64,000 nt of DNA from a bacterium (lineage in GTDB: Bacteria > UBA8248 > JACPRG01 > G963555815). Below the pieces are notes generated by a model that had not been told where the DNA came from, did no database searches, and saw only the letters and a list, made by a program, of their open reading frames with translations. The position numbers and the translations under genes are program-made. Below are positions 53,893 through 62,890 of the stretch, piece by piece. Numbering within the stretch: position 1 is the stretch's first letter; each line of letters opens with the position of its first letter. The stretch spans positions 2,272,001-2,336,000 of the forward strand of contig OZ244653.1 of the NCBI GenBank assembly GCA_965218795.1. Reading direction: 5' to 3'.

Positions 53893-55266
53893 ATGCCAAG
53901 TGTCAACGCCGAGATCTTCAGGGAGTACGACATCCGGGGTGTCGTGGATGAGGATCTGGATGTCCCCACCGTACGAGCCATTGGACGGGCAATCGGCACA
54001 TACCTTCACCGGGGAGAGGGCACGACCTTCGCAGTCGGTCGGGACGTTCGGCTGAGCTCGCCGGCGATTCGCGTCAGTCTGATCGATGGGCTCCGGGCAA
54101 CGGGCGGTCGTGTCAGCGACATCGGCATCGTTCCGACACCGGTCCTGTACTTCGCGGCCGTCCATTTGGAAACGGACGGGGCCGTGATGGTGACCGCAAG
54201 TCATAATCCTCCTGAATTCAATGGGTTCAAGATCAGCCGGGGTGTCGAATCCCTGAGCGGAGATGAGATACGAGCGCTCATCCGGATCATCGAAGGACGC
54301 CAATTCGCTCAGGGCAACGGCCAGGCCGTTCGTACGGAGGTCATCGAAAGCTATCGCGAGATGCTGAACTCCAAGTTCTCTTTTGATTCATCCCTGAAAG
54401 TCGTAATTGACGGCGGCAACGGGGCGATGGGGGAGCTGGCGGTTGCGGTCATCGAATCCATGGGGCATCGGGTCATCCCAATGTACTGCGAGCCGGACGG
54501 CAACTTCCCCAATCACCACCCGGATCCTTCGGATGAAAAGAACCTGAGGGACCTGATTGAGGCCGTTCACCGGGAGGAGGCCGATCTCGGCATCGCTTTT
54601 GACGGCGACGGGGACCGAGTGGGGGTTGTGGATGAAAAGGGCGAGGTCATCTGGCCGGACTACCAGATGATTCTCTTCGCTCGCGATGTACTCTCCCGTC
54701 ATCCCGGGGCCCCCATCGTATTCGAGGTGAAATGCACGATGAACCTGCCCCGGGCCATCGAAGAAGCGGGAGGCCGGCCGGTGATGTGGAAGGCTGGACA
54801 CTCTTTGATCAAGAAGAAACTCAAAGAGGAATCCGCCCCGCTCGGCGGAGAGTTCTCCGGCCATACCTTCTTTGCCGATGATTATTTCGGTTACGACGAT
54901 GCCCTGTACGCGGCCCTTCGCCTCATGGATTTACGGGCCCGGGCGCAAGCGCCCATGTCGAGTTTATTGCGCGACATTCCGAAGCTGTACGCTTCCCCCG
55001 AGATAAAACTCGGCTGTCCCGACGACGAAAAGTTCGAAGTCGTCCAAGGGCTTCGGGATCGGCTGGAGGGTGAAGCCCCTCTCATCACAATCGACGGGGT
55101 TCGCGCGGATTTCGGAGACGGTTGGGCCCTGGTGCGCGCTTCCAACACGACACCGGCCTTGACTGTCCGGTTTGAAGCCGCTTCTGAACAACGCCTGGAG
55201 GCCATCCGCGAAATCATGTTCGGGCATTTGAAAACGTTCCCCCAACTGGAAGGTATCGATGATTAG
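53893..55266 (+). CDS. phosphomannomutase/phosphoglucomutase (AlgC-like)
   Basis: FREYDIRG, TASHNP, FDGDGDR, GEFSGH, LVRASNT. Confidence 0.95.
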   Translation: MPSVNAEIFREYDIRGVVDEDLDVPTVRAIGRAIGTYLHRGEGTTFAVGRDVRLSSPAIRVSLIDGLRATGGRVSDIGIVPTPVLYFAAVHLETDGAVMVTASHNPPEFNGFKISRGVESLSGDEIRALIRIIEGRQFAQGNGQAVRTEVIESYREMLNSKFSFDSSLKVVIDGGNGAMGELAVAVIESMGHRVIPMYCEPDGNFPNHHPDPSDEKNLRDLIEAVHREEADLGIAFDGDGDRVGVVDEKGEVIWPDYQMILFARDVLSRHPGAPIVFEVKCTMNLPRAIEEAGGRPVMWKAGHSLIKKKLKEESAPLGGEFSGHTFFADDYFGYDDALYAALRLMDLRARAQAPMSSLLRDIPKLYASPEIKLGCPDDEKFEVVQGLRDRLEGEAPLITIDGVRADFGDGWALVRASNTTPALTVRFEAASEQRLEAIREIMFGHLKTFPQLEGIDD

Positions 55267-55870
55267 ACAGCTGTACGATTGGATGCTCCATTGGGCGGAT
55301 ACGCCTTATGGCGGGTGGGTGCTCGGATTGATCGCCTTCGCCGAATCCTCCTTCTTCCCCCTGCCTCCAGACCCTCTCTTGATCGCCTTGGCTCTGGGCG
55401 CCCCGGACAAGGCCCTTTGGTTCGCGACCGTGTGCTCGGCGGCTTCGGTCGCGGGAGGCGTTCTCGGTTACCTGATCGGGCGGGGATTCATGGAGGCTGT
55501 CGGGACCCGCATCCTTCGGTTCTACGGGGCGGAAGGAAAATGGGACTCCATGAAGCGCCTGTTCGAGCGTTACGATGCGTGGGCTGTGGCGATCGCGGGT
55601 TTCACCCCCGTTCCCTACAAGGTTTTCACCATTGCCGCGGGTGCGTTTCGAATCAACTTCAAGACCTTTGTCCTTGCCTCCATCCTCGGCCGGGCCGGAC
55701 GATTCTTTCTCGTAGCAGGCCTGATCTACATCTATGGGGATGTGATTCGCTTATTCATCGACGAATACTTCAATCTCCTTTCCTTCGTCTTCATAGCGCT
55801 TCTGGTGTTGGGCTTCATCGTCGTCAAGTTTGCCCTGGGACGTCACCGAAAGGCGCAACTCGAAACCTGA
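55259..55870 (+). CDS. YqaA/DedA (VTT domain) membrane protein
   Basis: ESSFFPLPPD, FTPVPYKVFT, GRAGRFF. Confidence 0.92.
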   Translation: MIRQLYDWMLHWADTPYGGWVLGLIAFAESSFFPLPPDPLLIALALGAPDKALWFATVCSAASVAGGVLGYLIGRGFMEAVGTRILRFYGAEGKWDSMKRLFERYDAWAVAIAGFTPVPYKVFTIAAGAFRINFKTFVLASILGRAGRFFLVAGLIYIYGDVIRLFIDEYFNLLSFVFIALLVLGFIVVKFALGRHRKAQLET

Positions 55871-56961
55871 TGAATTCCGCGGCCTTTGCGGCAGTTCTGG
55901 CGGGCGGGCCCGGCACGAGACTGTGGCCCCTGAGCCGAAAGCACAAACCCAAGCCCTTCCTGAAAGTCATCAGCGGGGATTCCCTGCTCGAGGCGACCTG
56001 CAAGCGCCTGCGGGGGGTGATCCCACCCTCTCGCACACTTGTGGTGACCGCGGCGGAAACCGCCGGGTTGGTCACCCAAGGGCTTCCACGACTCCCCAGG
56101 AACAACGTCTTGGCTGAACCGGAAGGACGCAATACAGCCGCCAGCATCGGATTCGCCGCCGTTCATGCCCGATCACGCAACCCGAAGGCCGTCCTCGCCG
56201 TCCTTCCCGCCGACCACCACATCGAGGAGGTGGACAGGTTCAGGCTCCTGCTTCAATCGGCCATCGCCTGGTCCTGGGAGACGGACGACATTGTGACCTT
56301 GGGAATTCCCGCAGATCGGCCTGAAACCGACTACGGCTACCTGCGGATGGGCGAAAGGAAAGGGAGCGCGGGGGGAATTCCCGTACAGGGGGTCGCCGCC
56401 TTTGTCGAAAAGCCCGATCGCCGCAAGGCGGGCAGATACGTGAAAAGTGGACGATACGCCTGGAACAGCGGCATCTTCGTCCTCACGGCGCACCGGGCTT
56501 TGGATGAAATTTCCCGACGGTTGCCCGCTCTGTATCGCGGTCTCATGAAAATTGACCGGGCCCTGGGATCCAGGCAAGAGGGCCGGGTCGTCAAGGAAAT
56601 CTTTCCAAGGCTGCCCGCCATCTCGATTGACTACGGTCTGATGGAAGAGGCGGCGGCGGAAGGACGGGTCGTCTCCCTCCCCTGCCGGGTCGGATGGAGC
56701 GACGTGGGTGACTTCAATGCGTTGGGTGTTCTGCTCCCCCACTCCTCCAGCGGAGCCATTGCCGCCAAGCATCACATCGGCGTAGACTGCGAAGGATTGA
56801 TCGTCTACGCTCCCGAAAAACTCGTCGCGACCGTGGGCGTGCGCGACATGGTCGTGATTGACGGGGGTGAAGCCATCCTGGTTGTCCCCAAGAAGCAGGC
56901 CCAGGACGTCCGAAAAGTCGTTGAGTTGCTGAAAAAAGGGAAACTGCGAGAGTTTTTGTAA
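55870..56961 (+). CDS. manC: mannose-1-phosphate guanylyltransferase
   Basis: LAGGPGTRLWPLSR, EPEGRNTA, PADH, FVEKP, WNSG, WSDVG; no isomerase domain. Confidence 0.93.
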   Translation: MNSAAFAAVLAGGPGTRLWPLSRKHKPKPFLKVISGDSLLEATCKRLRGVIPPSRTLVVTAAETAGLVTQGLPRLPRNNVLAEPEGRNTAASIGFAAVHARSRNPKAVLAVLPADHHIEEVDRFRLLLQSAIAWSWETDDIVTLGIPADRPETDYGYLRMGERKGSAGGIPVQGVAAFVEKPDRRKAGRYVKSGRYAWNSGIFVLTAHRALDEISRRLPALYRGLMKIDRALGSRQEGRVVKEIFPRLPAISIDYGLMEEAAAEGRVVSLPCRVGWSDVGDFNALGVLLPHSSSGAIAAKHHIGVDCEGLIVYAPEKLVATVGVRDMVVIDGGEAILVVPKKQAQDVRKVVELLKKGKLREFL

Positions 56962-57001
56962 TGAATCGGAAACATGAAACCCCGGCTCGATGGGCGGGAC
57001 A

Positions 57002-57796
57002 ATGGATTTTGCAAAAGCGATCCTGCTCGGCATTTTGCAGGGCCTGACGGAATTTTTTCCCATCAGCAGTTCGGGTCACCTTGCGGTGATGCAAAAGATG
57101 CTGGGCGTAAGGGGTCCTGTCCTCTTCATGGACGTGATGCTTCATGCGGGCACGCTGATAGCGGTCCTGATTGTCTTTGCGAAAGACATTCGTCTCATTC
57201 TTGCGTCCATGTTTTCCAGAGACGGCGGAGAATCATCGGGCGCCGCCCGTCTGGGATGGTTGGCCGTGCTGGGGACCATCCCCATCGGGGTCGCGGGAAT
57301 CGCGTTTCACAAGTGGATCGAGCGCTCCTTCGAGAGCATCCCGTTGGTGGGCGGGATGTTCCTCATCACGGGCATTCTGCTGTTCTGCATCCGGAGGCGG
57401 GAAGGCGGCCGAAGAGAAGATGAATTGCGGGTCCGCGACGCTGTATGGGTCGGCATTTGCCAGGCCGTTGCGCTTCTTCCCGGAATCTCACGGAGCGGTA
57501 CGACGATTGGAAGCGGTCTGTTGTTGGGAATCGAGCGCGAGCTGGCCGTGCGTTTTTCCTTCATGATGGCCATTCCGGCCATCATGGGGGCGTTGGCGTT
57601 CAAGCTCCTCGACCTCCCGGGTCAGACGCAGGCCATCGGGATCGGACCGGTGCTGGTCGGCACGGCGGCGGCGGTGTTGATGGGCTATGTCGGTTTGAAG
57701 TGGTTAATCCGGCTCACCATCTCCGGAAAGCTGTATTATTTTGCTTATTACCTTTGGGCTTTGGGCCTGGTCGTGCTCCTGACCTTCTTTTTCTGA
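57002..57796 (+). CDS. uppP: undecaprenyl-diphosphate phosphatase
   Basis: QGLTEFFPISSSGHL, PGISRSGTT. Confidence 0.96.
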   Translation: MDFAKAILLGILQGLTEFFPISSSGHLAVMQKMLGVRGPVLFMDVMLHAGTLIAVLIVFAKDIRLILASMFSRDGGESSGAARLGWLAVLGTIPIGVAGIAFHKWIERSFESIPLVGGMFLITGILLFCIRRREGGRREDELRVRDAVWVGICQAVALLPGISRSGTTIGSGLLLGIERELAVRFSFMMAIPAIMGALAFKLLDLPGQTQAIGIGPVLVGTAAAVLMGYVGLKWLIRLTISGKLYYFAYYLWALGLVVLLTFFF

Positions 57797-57930
57797 GCCG
57801 GACTGAAAGGCCCCCGATTCCGCGCTGGCCGATTCCCCCGGCCCAGCCTGATTCATGCGATAAGCGCACAACAATAAGGAAGACGCCTTGAGTGTCTTCC
57901 TTCCTTTTTGCCTGGTTGAGCCCGGGTACC

Positions 57931-58848
57931 ATGAGCCCATCGGCCGTTTCACGAACGCAAACGAAAAATGAAAAGCACTGGACACTGCTCGTGGTGCACG
58001 CTCACCCGGACGATGAATGCAGCGGTACGGGAGGGGTGTTGATCCAGAGCGCGGCCGCGGGCCACACGACCGTTCTGATCAATTGCACCAATGGCGAGAT
58101 GGGAGAGGCCAAAGACCCGCGCTACCCCCTGAAGCCCAGGGAGAACCTTGGAGATCGAAAAAAACTTGTCGATCTCCGGCGTCGGGAACAGGCGGAGGCC
58201 ATCAAGATTCTGAACATCACCCATTTCTATGACTTGGGTTACAGGGACTCGGGCATGGACGGATGGGACCAAAATCAGGAGCCGGACGCGTTTATGAACG
58301 TCGACGTGGATGAGGTGGCGGGTCGAATTGCCGGGGTGATTCGGAAGCACCGGCCCGACGTCGTTGTCACGTACAACGAAAACGGCGGTTACGGCCATCC
58401 CGACCACATCATGACCCATCAGGCCACGATGGCGGCGCTCAGGGCCGCGGAGGATCCGGCTTATGAGACCCATGACGGCATGGAGCCCTGGCGGGTCCGC
58501 AAGCTGTATTACACGGCCTGGGCCCGTTCCGAGATGATTCGGCTGTGGAAAATGCTCAAGCTTCTCGGCCGAAAAACCCCGCTGGACAATCCGGACACCG
58601 ACCTGAGCAAGATCGGTACGCCGGATGATGACATCACCACCCGGATTGACATCCGGCGATTCCTTCACCGCAAGCGGAGAGCGCTCTATACCTATCGCAG
58701 TCAGATGGGGGTATGGGGAATCAAAACGTCCTGGTGGTGGGTCATGGGCCTGGCCGGCCGCTGGTTCTTCCGGTTCGAGTCCTTCGTCTGTACGCGGACC
58801 GATGTCGAAATCCAAGAACCGGAAACGAGTCTCTTCACGGGCCTTTGA
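57931..58848 (+). CDS. PIG-L family deacetylase (MshB/Mca-like)
   Basis: VHAHPDDE, CTNGEMGE, GYRDSGM, TYNENGGYGHPDH. Confidence 0.9.
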   Translation: MSPSAVSRTQTKNEKHWTLLVVHAHPDDECSGTGGVLIQSAAAGHTTVLINCTNGEMGEAKDPRYPLKPRENLGDRKKLVDLRRREQAEAIKILNITHFYDLGYRDSGMDGWDQNQEPDAFMNVDVDEVAGRIAGVIRKHRPDVVVTYNENGGYGHPDHIMTHQATMAALRAAEDPAYETHDGMEPWRVRKLYYTAWARSEMIRLWKMLKLLGRKTPLDNPDTDLSKIGTPDDDITTRIDIRRFLHRKRRALYTYRSQMGVWGIKTSWWWVMGLAGRWFFRFESFVCTRTDVEIQEPETSLFTGL

Positions 58849-58995
58849 AGCAGCGATATCCCCCTCGCATATCGGGACCCTTTCCAAACCGAGAGCTTTC
58901 CGGGTCTCCCCGCTCGCGCAACCGGACCCGAAGACAAAGCCGGCCCGCCTCCGCGCGCATCGGCCGTTCCGTGGACAAGTCGCCGAAGGGTCGAA

Positions 58996-60036
58996 CTAGA
59001 ACTCGGGCTTCAAGACTACCTTTCCGAAGTTTTCCCGCTCCTCCAGGATCCGGTGGCCTTCAGCGGCGTCTTTCAGCGGGATCACGCGATCGATCACAAC
59101 ATCGAACACGCCCATGTCGAGCAGTTTGTTCAGGGTTCTTGCCTCATTGATCAACCCGTAGTTCGACCCGATGATCGTGAGCTCTTTGTGGAAGATGTGC
59201 GCCAGGCTGGTCGAGATATTGTAGCCCGACGTCCCGCCGCAGGTGGTCAACCGGCCTCCCCGGACCAGACACCGGATGCTCTGATCGAAGGTGTCCTCCC
59301 CGATGTTATCGACCACCATATCCACGCCCCGCTTGTCGGTCAGCCGTTTGATTTCCTCCAGCACATCCTGGTCCTGATAGTTGATGGCGTGGTCGGCCCC
59401 GTACTTGAGCGCCTGTTCGCATTTCCGATCGCTCGATGAAGTGGCGAAGACCCGGGCCCCCGTCAGCTTGGCAATCTGCATCGCGGCAATCGAAACACCC
59501 GAGCCGGCGGAGTGAACGAGTACGTCCTCTCCGGGCCGCAATCCCCCCCGGGTGATCACCTGATGCCAGGCCGTCACATAGGTCATGCTGAACGCTGCCG
59601 CATCCTCATAGGATGTATTGTCGCCGATGGGAAGCCAGTCCTCGGCCAGGGCGTTCATGTATTGAGCGTATCCGCCCCAGAGATGGGCCCCGTAATATTT
59701 CCGTTTCACGGCGAGGTTTGTATTCCCCGACTGGTAGAACTCGTCCTTATCCTGGTCATCCACGACCGTCACGAACAGGACCACGCGATCACCGGCCTTG
59801 ACGTTCGATACCTCGGAACCCACCTCGACGACTTCCCCCGCCACGTCGCCGCCCAGGATGTGGGGAAAGGACTTGAACGGCTTGTAATCGCCCCGCCGGG
59901 CCATCACCTCATACCAATTCATGGACGTGGCCCCGACCTTGACCAGGGCGTCCTTCGGTCCGGGTTCGGGGGGTTCAATGTCTCCATACCGCAACACGTC
60001 CCGTTCGCCGTACTCATTGTAAAAAACCGCCTTCAT
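58996..60036 (-). CDS. MDR-superfamily NAD(P)H oxidoreductase (zinc-free, quinone/enoyl reductase-like)
   Basis: PHILGGDVAG, HSAGSGVS, GADHAINY, GKVVL. Confidence 0.9.
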   Translation of the reverse strand: MKAVFYNEYGERDVLRYGDIEPPEPGPKDALVKVGATSMNWYEVMARRGDYKPFKSFPHILGGDVAGEVVEVGSEVSNVKAGDRVVLFVTVVDDQDKDEFYQSGNTNLAVKRKYYGAHLWGGYAQYMNALAEDWLPIGDNTSYEDAAAFSMTYVTAWHQVITRGGLRPGEDVLVHSAGSGVSIAAMQIAKLTGARVFATSSSDRKCEQALKYGADHAINYQDQDVLEEIKRLTDKRGVDMVVDNIGEDTFDQSIRCLVRGGRLTTCGGTSGYNISTSLAHIFHKELTIIGSNYGLINEARTLNKLLDMGVFDVVIDRVIPLKDAAEGHRILEERENFGKVVLKPEF

Positions 60037-61487
60037 GGTCTCACGCTCCCCCATCGCTCTGTTCTTTCAATCCAACTCTCACACGCGGCTTCCCGAACCC
60101 GCGCATCTTCATCCTCAAGAGCCTTGGACAAGGCGCCTTCGATGACCGACTCTTGATCCGAATCTCCAGGGAATTCCGATCCGAAAGTCCCCAGTGCAAC
60201 GGCTGCGCTTCTTCGGACCGCTGGATCGGCGTCCATCAGCCCATCCAGAAAAAATTTCAATTGAACCGAACGGCCCGTCTGGGCCAGCACCTCGATGGAC
60301 TTTCGGCGGACCGTTGCGTCCTGAGACCGCAAGGCCTCCTCCATCACCGCCGGGGAAGAGGGTTCGCCCAGGATGGCGAGGCCGAAGGCCGCCCGATGAC
60401 GCAGCCCCTCATCCTCCCCCCGGGTCAACGCATTCAGGGCGCGGCGAACCTCCGCCAGTTCTCCGTCCGCCGCCGTTGAGGCGGAAACCGCCTGGGTGAT
60501 CCAGGAGACAAGGGAGTCGGCGACCCGTTTGCGGATCGACCGGCTCTCGTCCGTCAGCGCGTGGACCAATAGACGGCCGGCTCCCGCCGCCCCCGTCTGT
60601 CCCAGACCGAAGACCGCACGGCCGCGAACCTCGACCGAATCGTCATGCAGCGACTCGCCCAGCGGCTCCACGGCATTCGGAAAGGGCAGATTTCCAAGCG
60701 CGTAGGCCGCTCGCTTGCGGACCTTGGGAGACTCGTCATGGAGCGCGGCGGCCAGTGGAGGAACGGCTTCGGGCGTCTGCCAGTCGGCCAAGGCCTCAGC
60801 TGCGTTCCACTTTTCCGAAACCCCGCCCGTCCGGAGACGCTCGCTCAACGATTTCAAAACGGCGGGGCTTGCGATCCTCCCGAGGGCTTCGGCCGCCCGC
60901 TTCCGGACGGCGATACCCAAATCATCCATAGCATCCAGCAAGGCCGGAACGGCAGCGGGATCTTCCAACATGCCCAGGGCCTCCGCCGCACAACGCCGAA
61001 CCTTACCCGACTCATCCTTGAGCCGCTCCGTCAGCGGGCCGGTGGATGACAAATCCCCATCATTTCCCAATGCGAGACAGGCCGCCGCCCGAACGGAGGC
61101 TTCGGGATCGTCCAGCAAGTCCCGGAGGCGGGCCGGAAGGCCATCGCCGGGAAGTTCGGATAAGGCGAGGGCCGCCCTTTCCCGAGCGTCGGGGCTCTCG
61201 GATTCCGCCATATCGAGAAAGTAGCCCGTGACCGCCGGTTCCCCGATGGCGGAGAGAATTTCAAGAGCCCTCTTCCGTTGACCTGAATATTCTCCTTCCC
61301 GGTAGAGTCGGATGAGCCGGGACAACACGCCATCCGCACCTTCCCGATCGCCCTCGCAGGTCCCGTCCCTTGCAAGCCGTCTACCGGCTGCCAGAATGTC
61401 CCAGCCCGGGGGATGCGAATTCGCCAAAGAGTCGGTCCCTGCTTCAAGCGAGCGCATTGCTGTCACCGCTTCCATTCGATTCGACAC
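60033..61487 (-). CDS. HEAT/PBS-lyase repeat protein
   Basis: about a dozen ~31-aa repeats (L..D....VR..AA.ALG). Confidence 0.88.
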   Translation of the reverse strand: MSNRMEAVTAMRSLEAGTDSLANSHPPGWDILAAGRRLARDGTCEGDREGADGVLSRLIRLYREGEYSGQRKRALEILSAIGEPAVTGYFLDMAESESPDARERAALALSELPGDGLPARLRDLLDDPEASVRAAACLALGNDGDLSSTGPLTERLKDESGKVRRCAAEALGMLEDPAAVPALLDAMDDLGIAVRKRAAEALGRIASPAVLKSLSERLRTGGVSEKWNAAEALADWQTPEAVPPLAAALHDESPKVRKRAAYALGNLPFPNAVEPLGESLHDDSVEVRGRAVFGLGQTGAAGAGRLLVHALTDESRSIRKRVADSLVSWITQAVSASTAADGELAEVRRALNALTRGEDEGLRHRAAFGLAILGEPSSPAVMEEALRSQDATVRRKSIEVLAQTGRSVQLKFFLDGLMDADPAVRRSAAVALGTFGSEFPGDSDQESVIEGALSKALEDEDARVREAACESWIERTERWGSVRP

Positions 61488-61700
61488 GGCTACCCCGTGA
61501 ACGGGTCAGGAACAACGGAAGAACAGGCCGAAACGACTTGGCATTCTACCGCACCGCCGCAATCCGAATCCATAAGGGTTGTTTCTTGGTTCGAATCCTC
61601 GTCATGAACTCCGGAGGGGACGCGCCGAAGAATCGAATTCAGGCCAGAGGCCGAACTCCATCACCCCTTCGAGGGCGGAGTCGGCTCTCCGCGGGAGCCG

Positions 61701-62879
61701 CTATAATCCCAGGCGGTCCGGCAGCATGGAAGAAAGCTCCCACCCGGGCGCTTCCATCTCACGTCCGGCCATCAAGTCCGCGGTCATCTTGGCCGTGATG
61801 GGGGCGAGATTAATGCCGGAGCCTTCATGACCGGTGGCGTACCAAAGACCTTCCACCACGGAGGACGGTCCGATCACGGGATGATGATCGGGCGTCCAGG
61901 GCCTTAACCCGGCGATTTCCCGTACGACGCGGAGGTTGCCGAGAGCCGGGAACCATTCTTTGAAGGACTGGAGCATGGCCGCCCGGCCCTCCCCGGTCAC
62001 TCGTTCATCAAACCCGGCGAACTCCCGGGTCGTTCCCAGGACGCAATGCCCCGGCGCGTGCTGATCCAGCGTAAAGCTGAACAGGAAGCGGGGCATGGGA
62101 TCCTCATCAGCCCGCTCCCCGGCGGTCTTGTGCAGGACATAACTGGCGCTTTGGAGGAGATGAGGAGAGAGTTCTCCCGTTTTTTCCGTGTACAGGAGTT
62201 GGCCGCGGCGGGGCACGACGGGGAGTTGGAGTCCCAAGTCCTCAGTCAAGAAAGGGGACCAGACGCCCGCGGCGACCACAACGGCGTCGGCCTCGATATC
62301 ACCCTTGTCCGTGCGCACACCGACTGCACGGCCGCCCCGGGTGATGATCGATCGGACCGGCTCGTGCTCCCGAATCTCTCCGCCCCGCGAGACCGCGTTC
62401 GCCGCCAGCGCCTTTGCGATCTCCGCCGCGTCCACGAGCGCCGCCGACGTGTCCAGCAGGGCCGCCTCTACTTCAATGGCCAAACCCGGCGCCCGGCGCT
62501 TCACTTCCCGGCCTTCCAGCATCTCCGGCTTCGCACCCATGGCCTTGAGCTTCAGCAGTGAATCCTCCAGGTACTCCGAATACTCCGGGCGTCCCGGAGG
62601 CAGCAAGACCATCGAGCCCCGCTCATCGATGGTGAATCCGTTGTTCAGTTCAACCCGGAGGCGCTCATAGATCTCACGTCCGTAGATCGCCATGGCCGCG
62701 CGGTGATCGGGCGGGCGGCTGCAAAGGGCGAGGACGCCCGTATTCTTGGCCGTGGTGGCCTGGGCGATGGCGTCCCGATCCAGCAAGATCACCCGACGGC
62801 CGTCACGCGACAGGAATTGGGCGATCATGGTCCCGATGATGCCGCCCCCGATGATGACGACCCGATTCAAATCGTTCAT
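61701..62879 (-). CDS. FAD-dependent oxidoreductase, DAO/glycine oxidase family
   Basis: IGGGIIG, VAAGVWS, PRRGQ, AGLRP, ATGHEGSGI. Confidence 0.92.
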   Translation of the reverse strand: MNDLNRVVIIGGGIIGTMIAQFLSRDGRRVILLDRDAIAQATTAKNTGVLALCSRPPDHRAAMAIYGREIYERLRVELNNGFTIDERGSMVLLPPGRPEYSEYLEDSLLKLKAMGAKPEMLEGREVKRRAPGLAIEVEAALLDTSAALVDAAEIAKALAANAVSRGGEIREHEPVRSIITRGGRAVGVRTDKGDIEADAVVVAAGVWSPFLTEDLGLQLPVVPRRGQLLYTEKTGELSPHLLQSASYVLHKTAGERADEDPMPRFLFSFTLDQHAPGHCVLGTTREFAGFDERVTGEGRAAMLQSFKEWFPALGNLRVVREIAGLRPWTPDHHPVIGPSSVVEGLWYATGHEGSGINLAPITAKMTADLMAGREMEAPGWELSSMLPDRLGL

Positions 62880-62890
62880 GGGAAAAACGC

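Noticed and set aside
61583-61602. GGTTCGAATCC tRNA T-loop-like word
   Set aside because: The T-stem cannot form and there is no acceptor, D or anticodon arm
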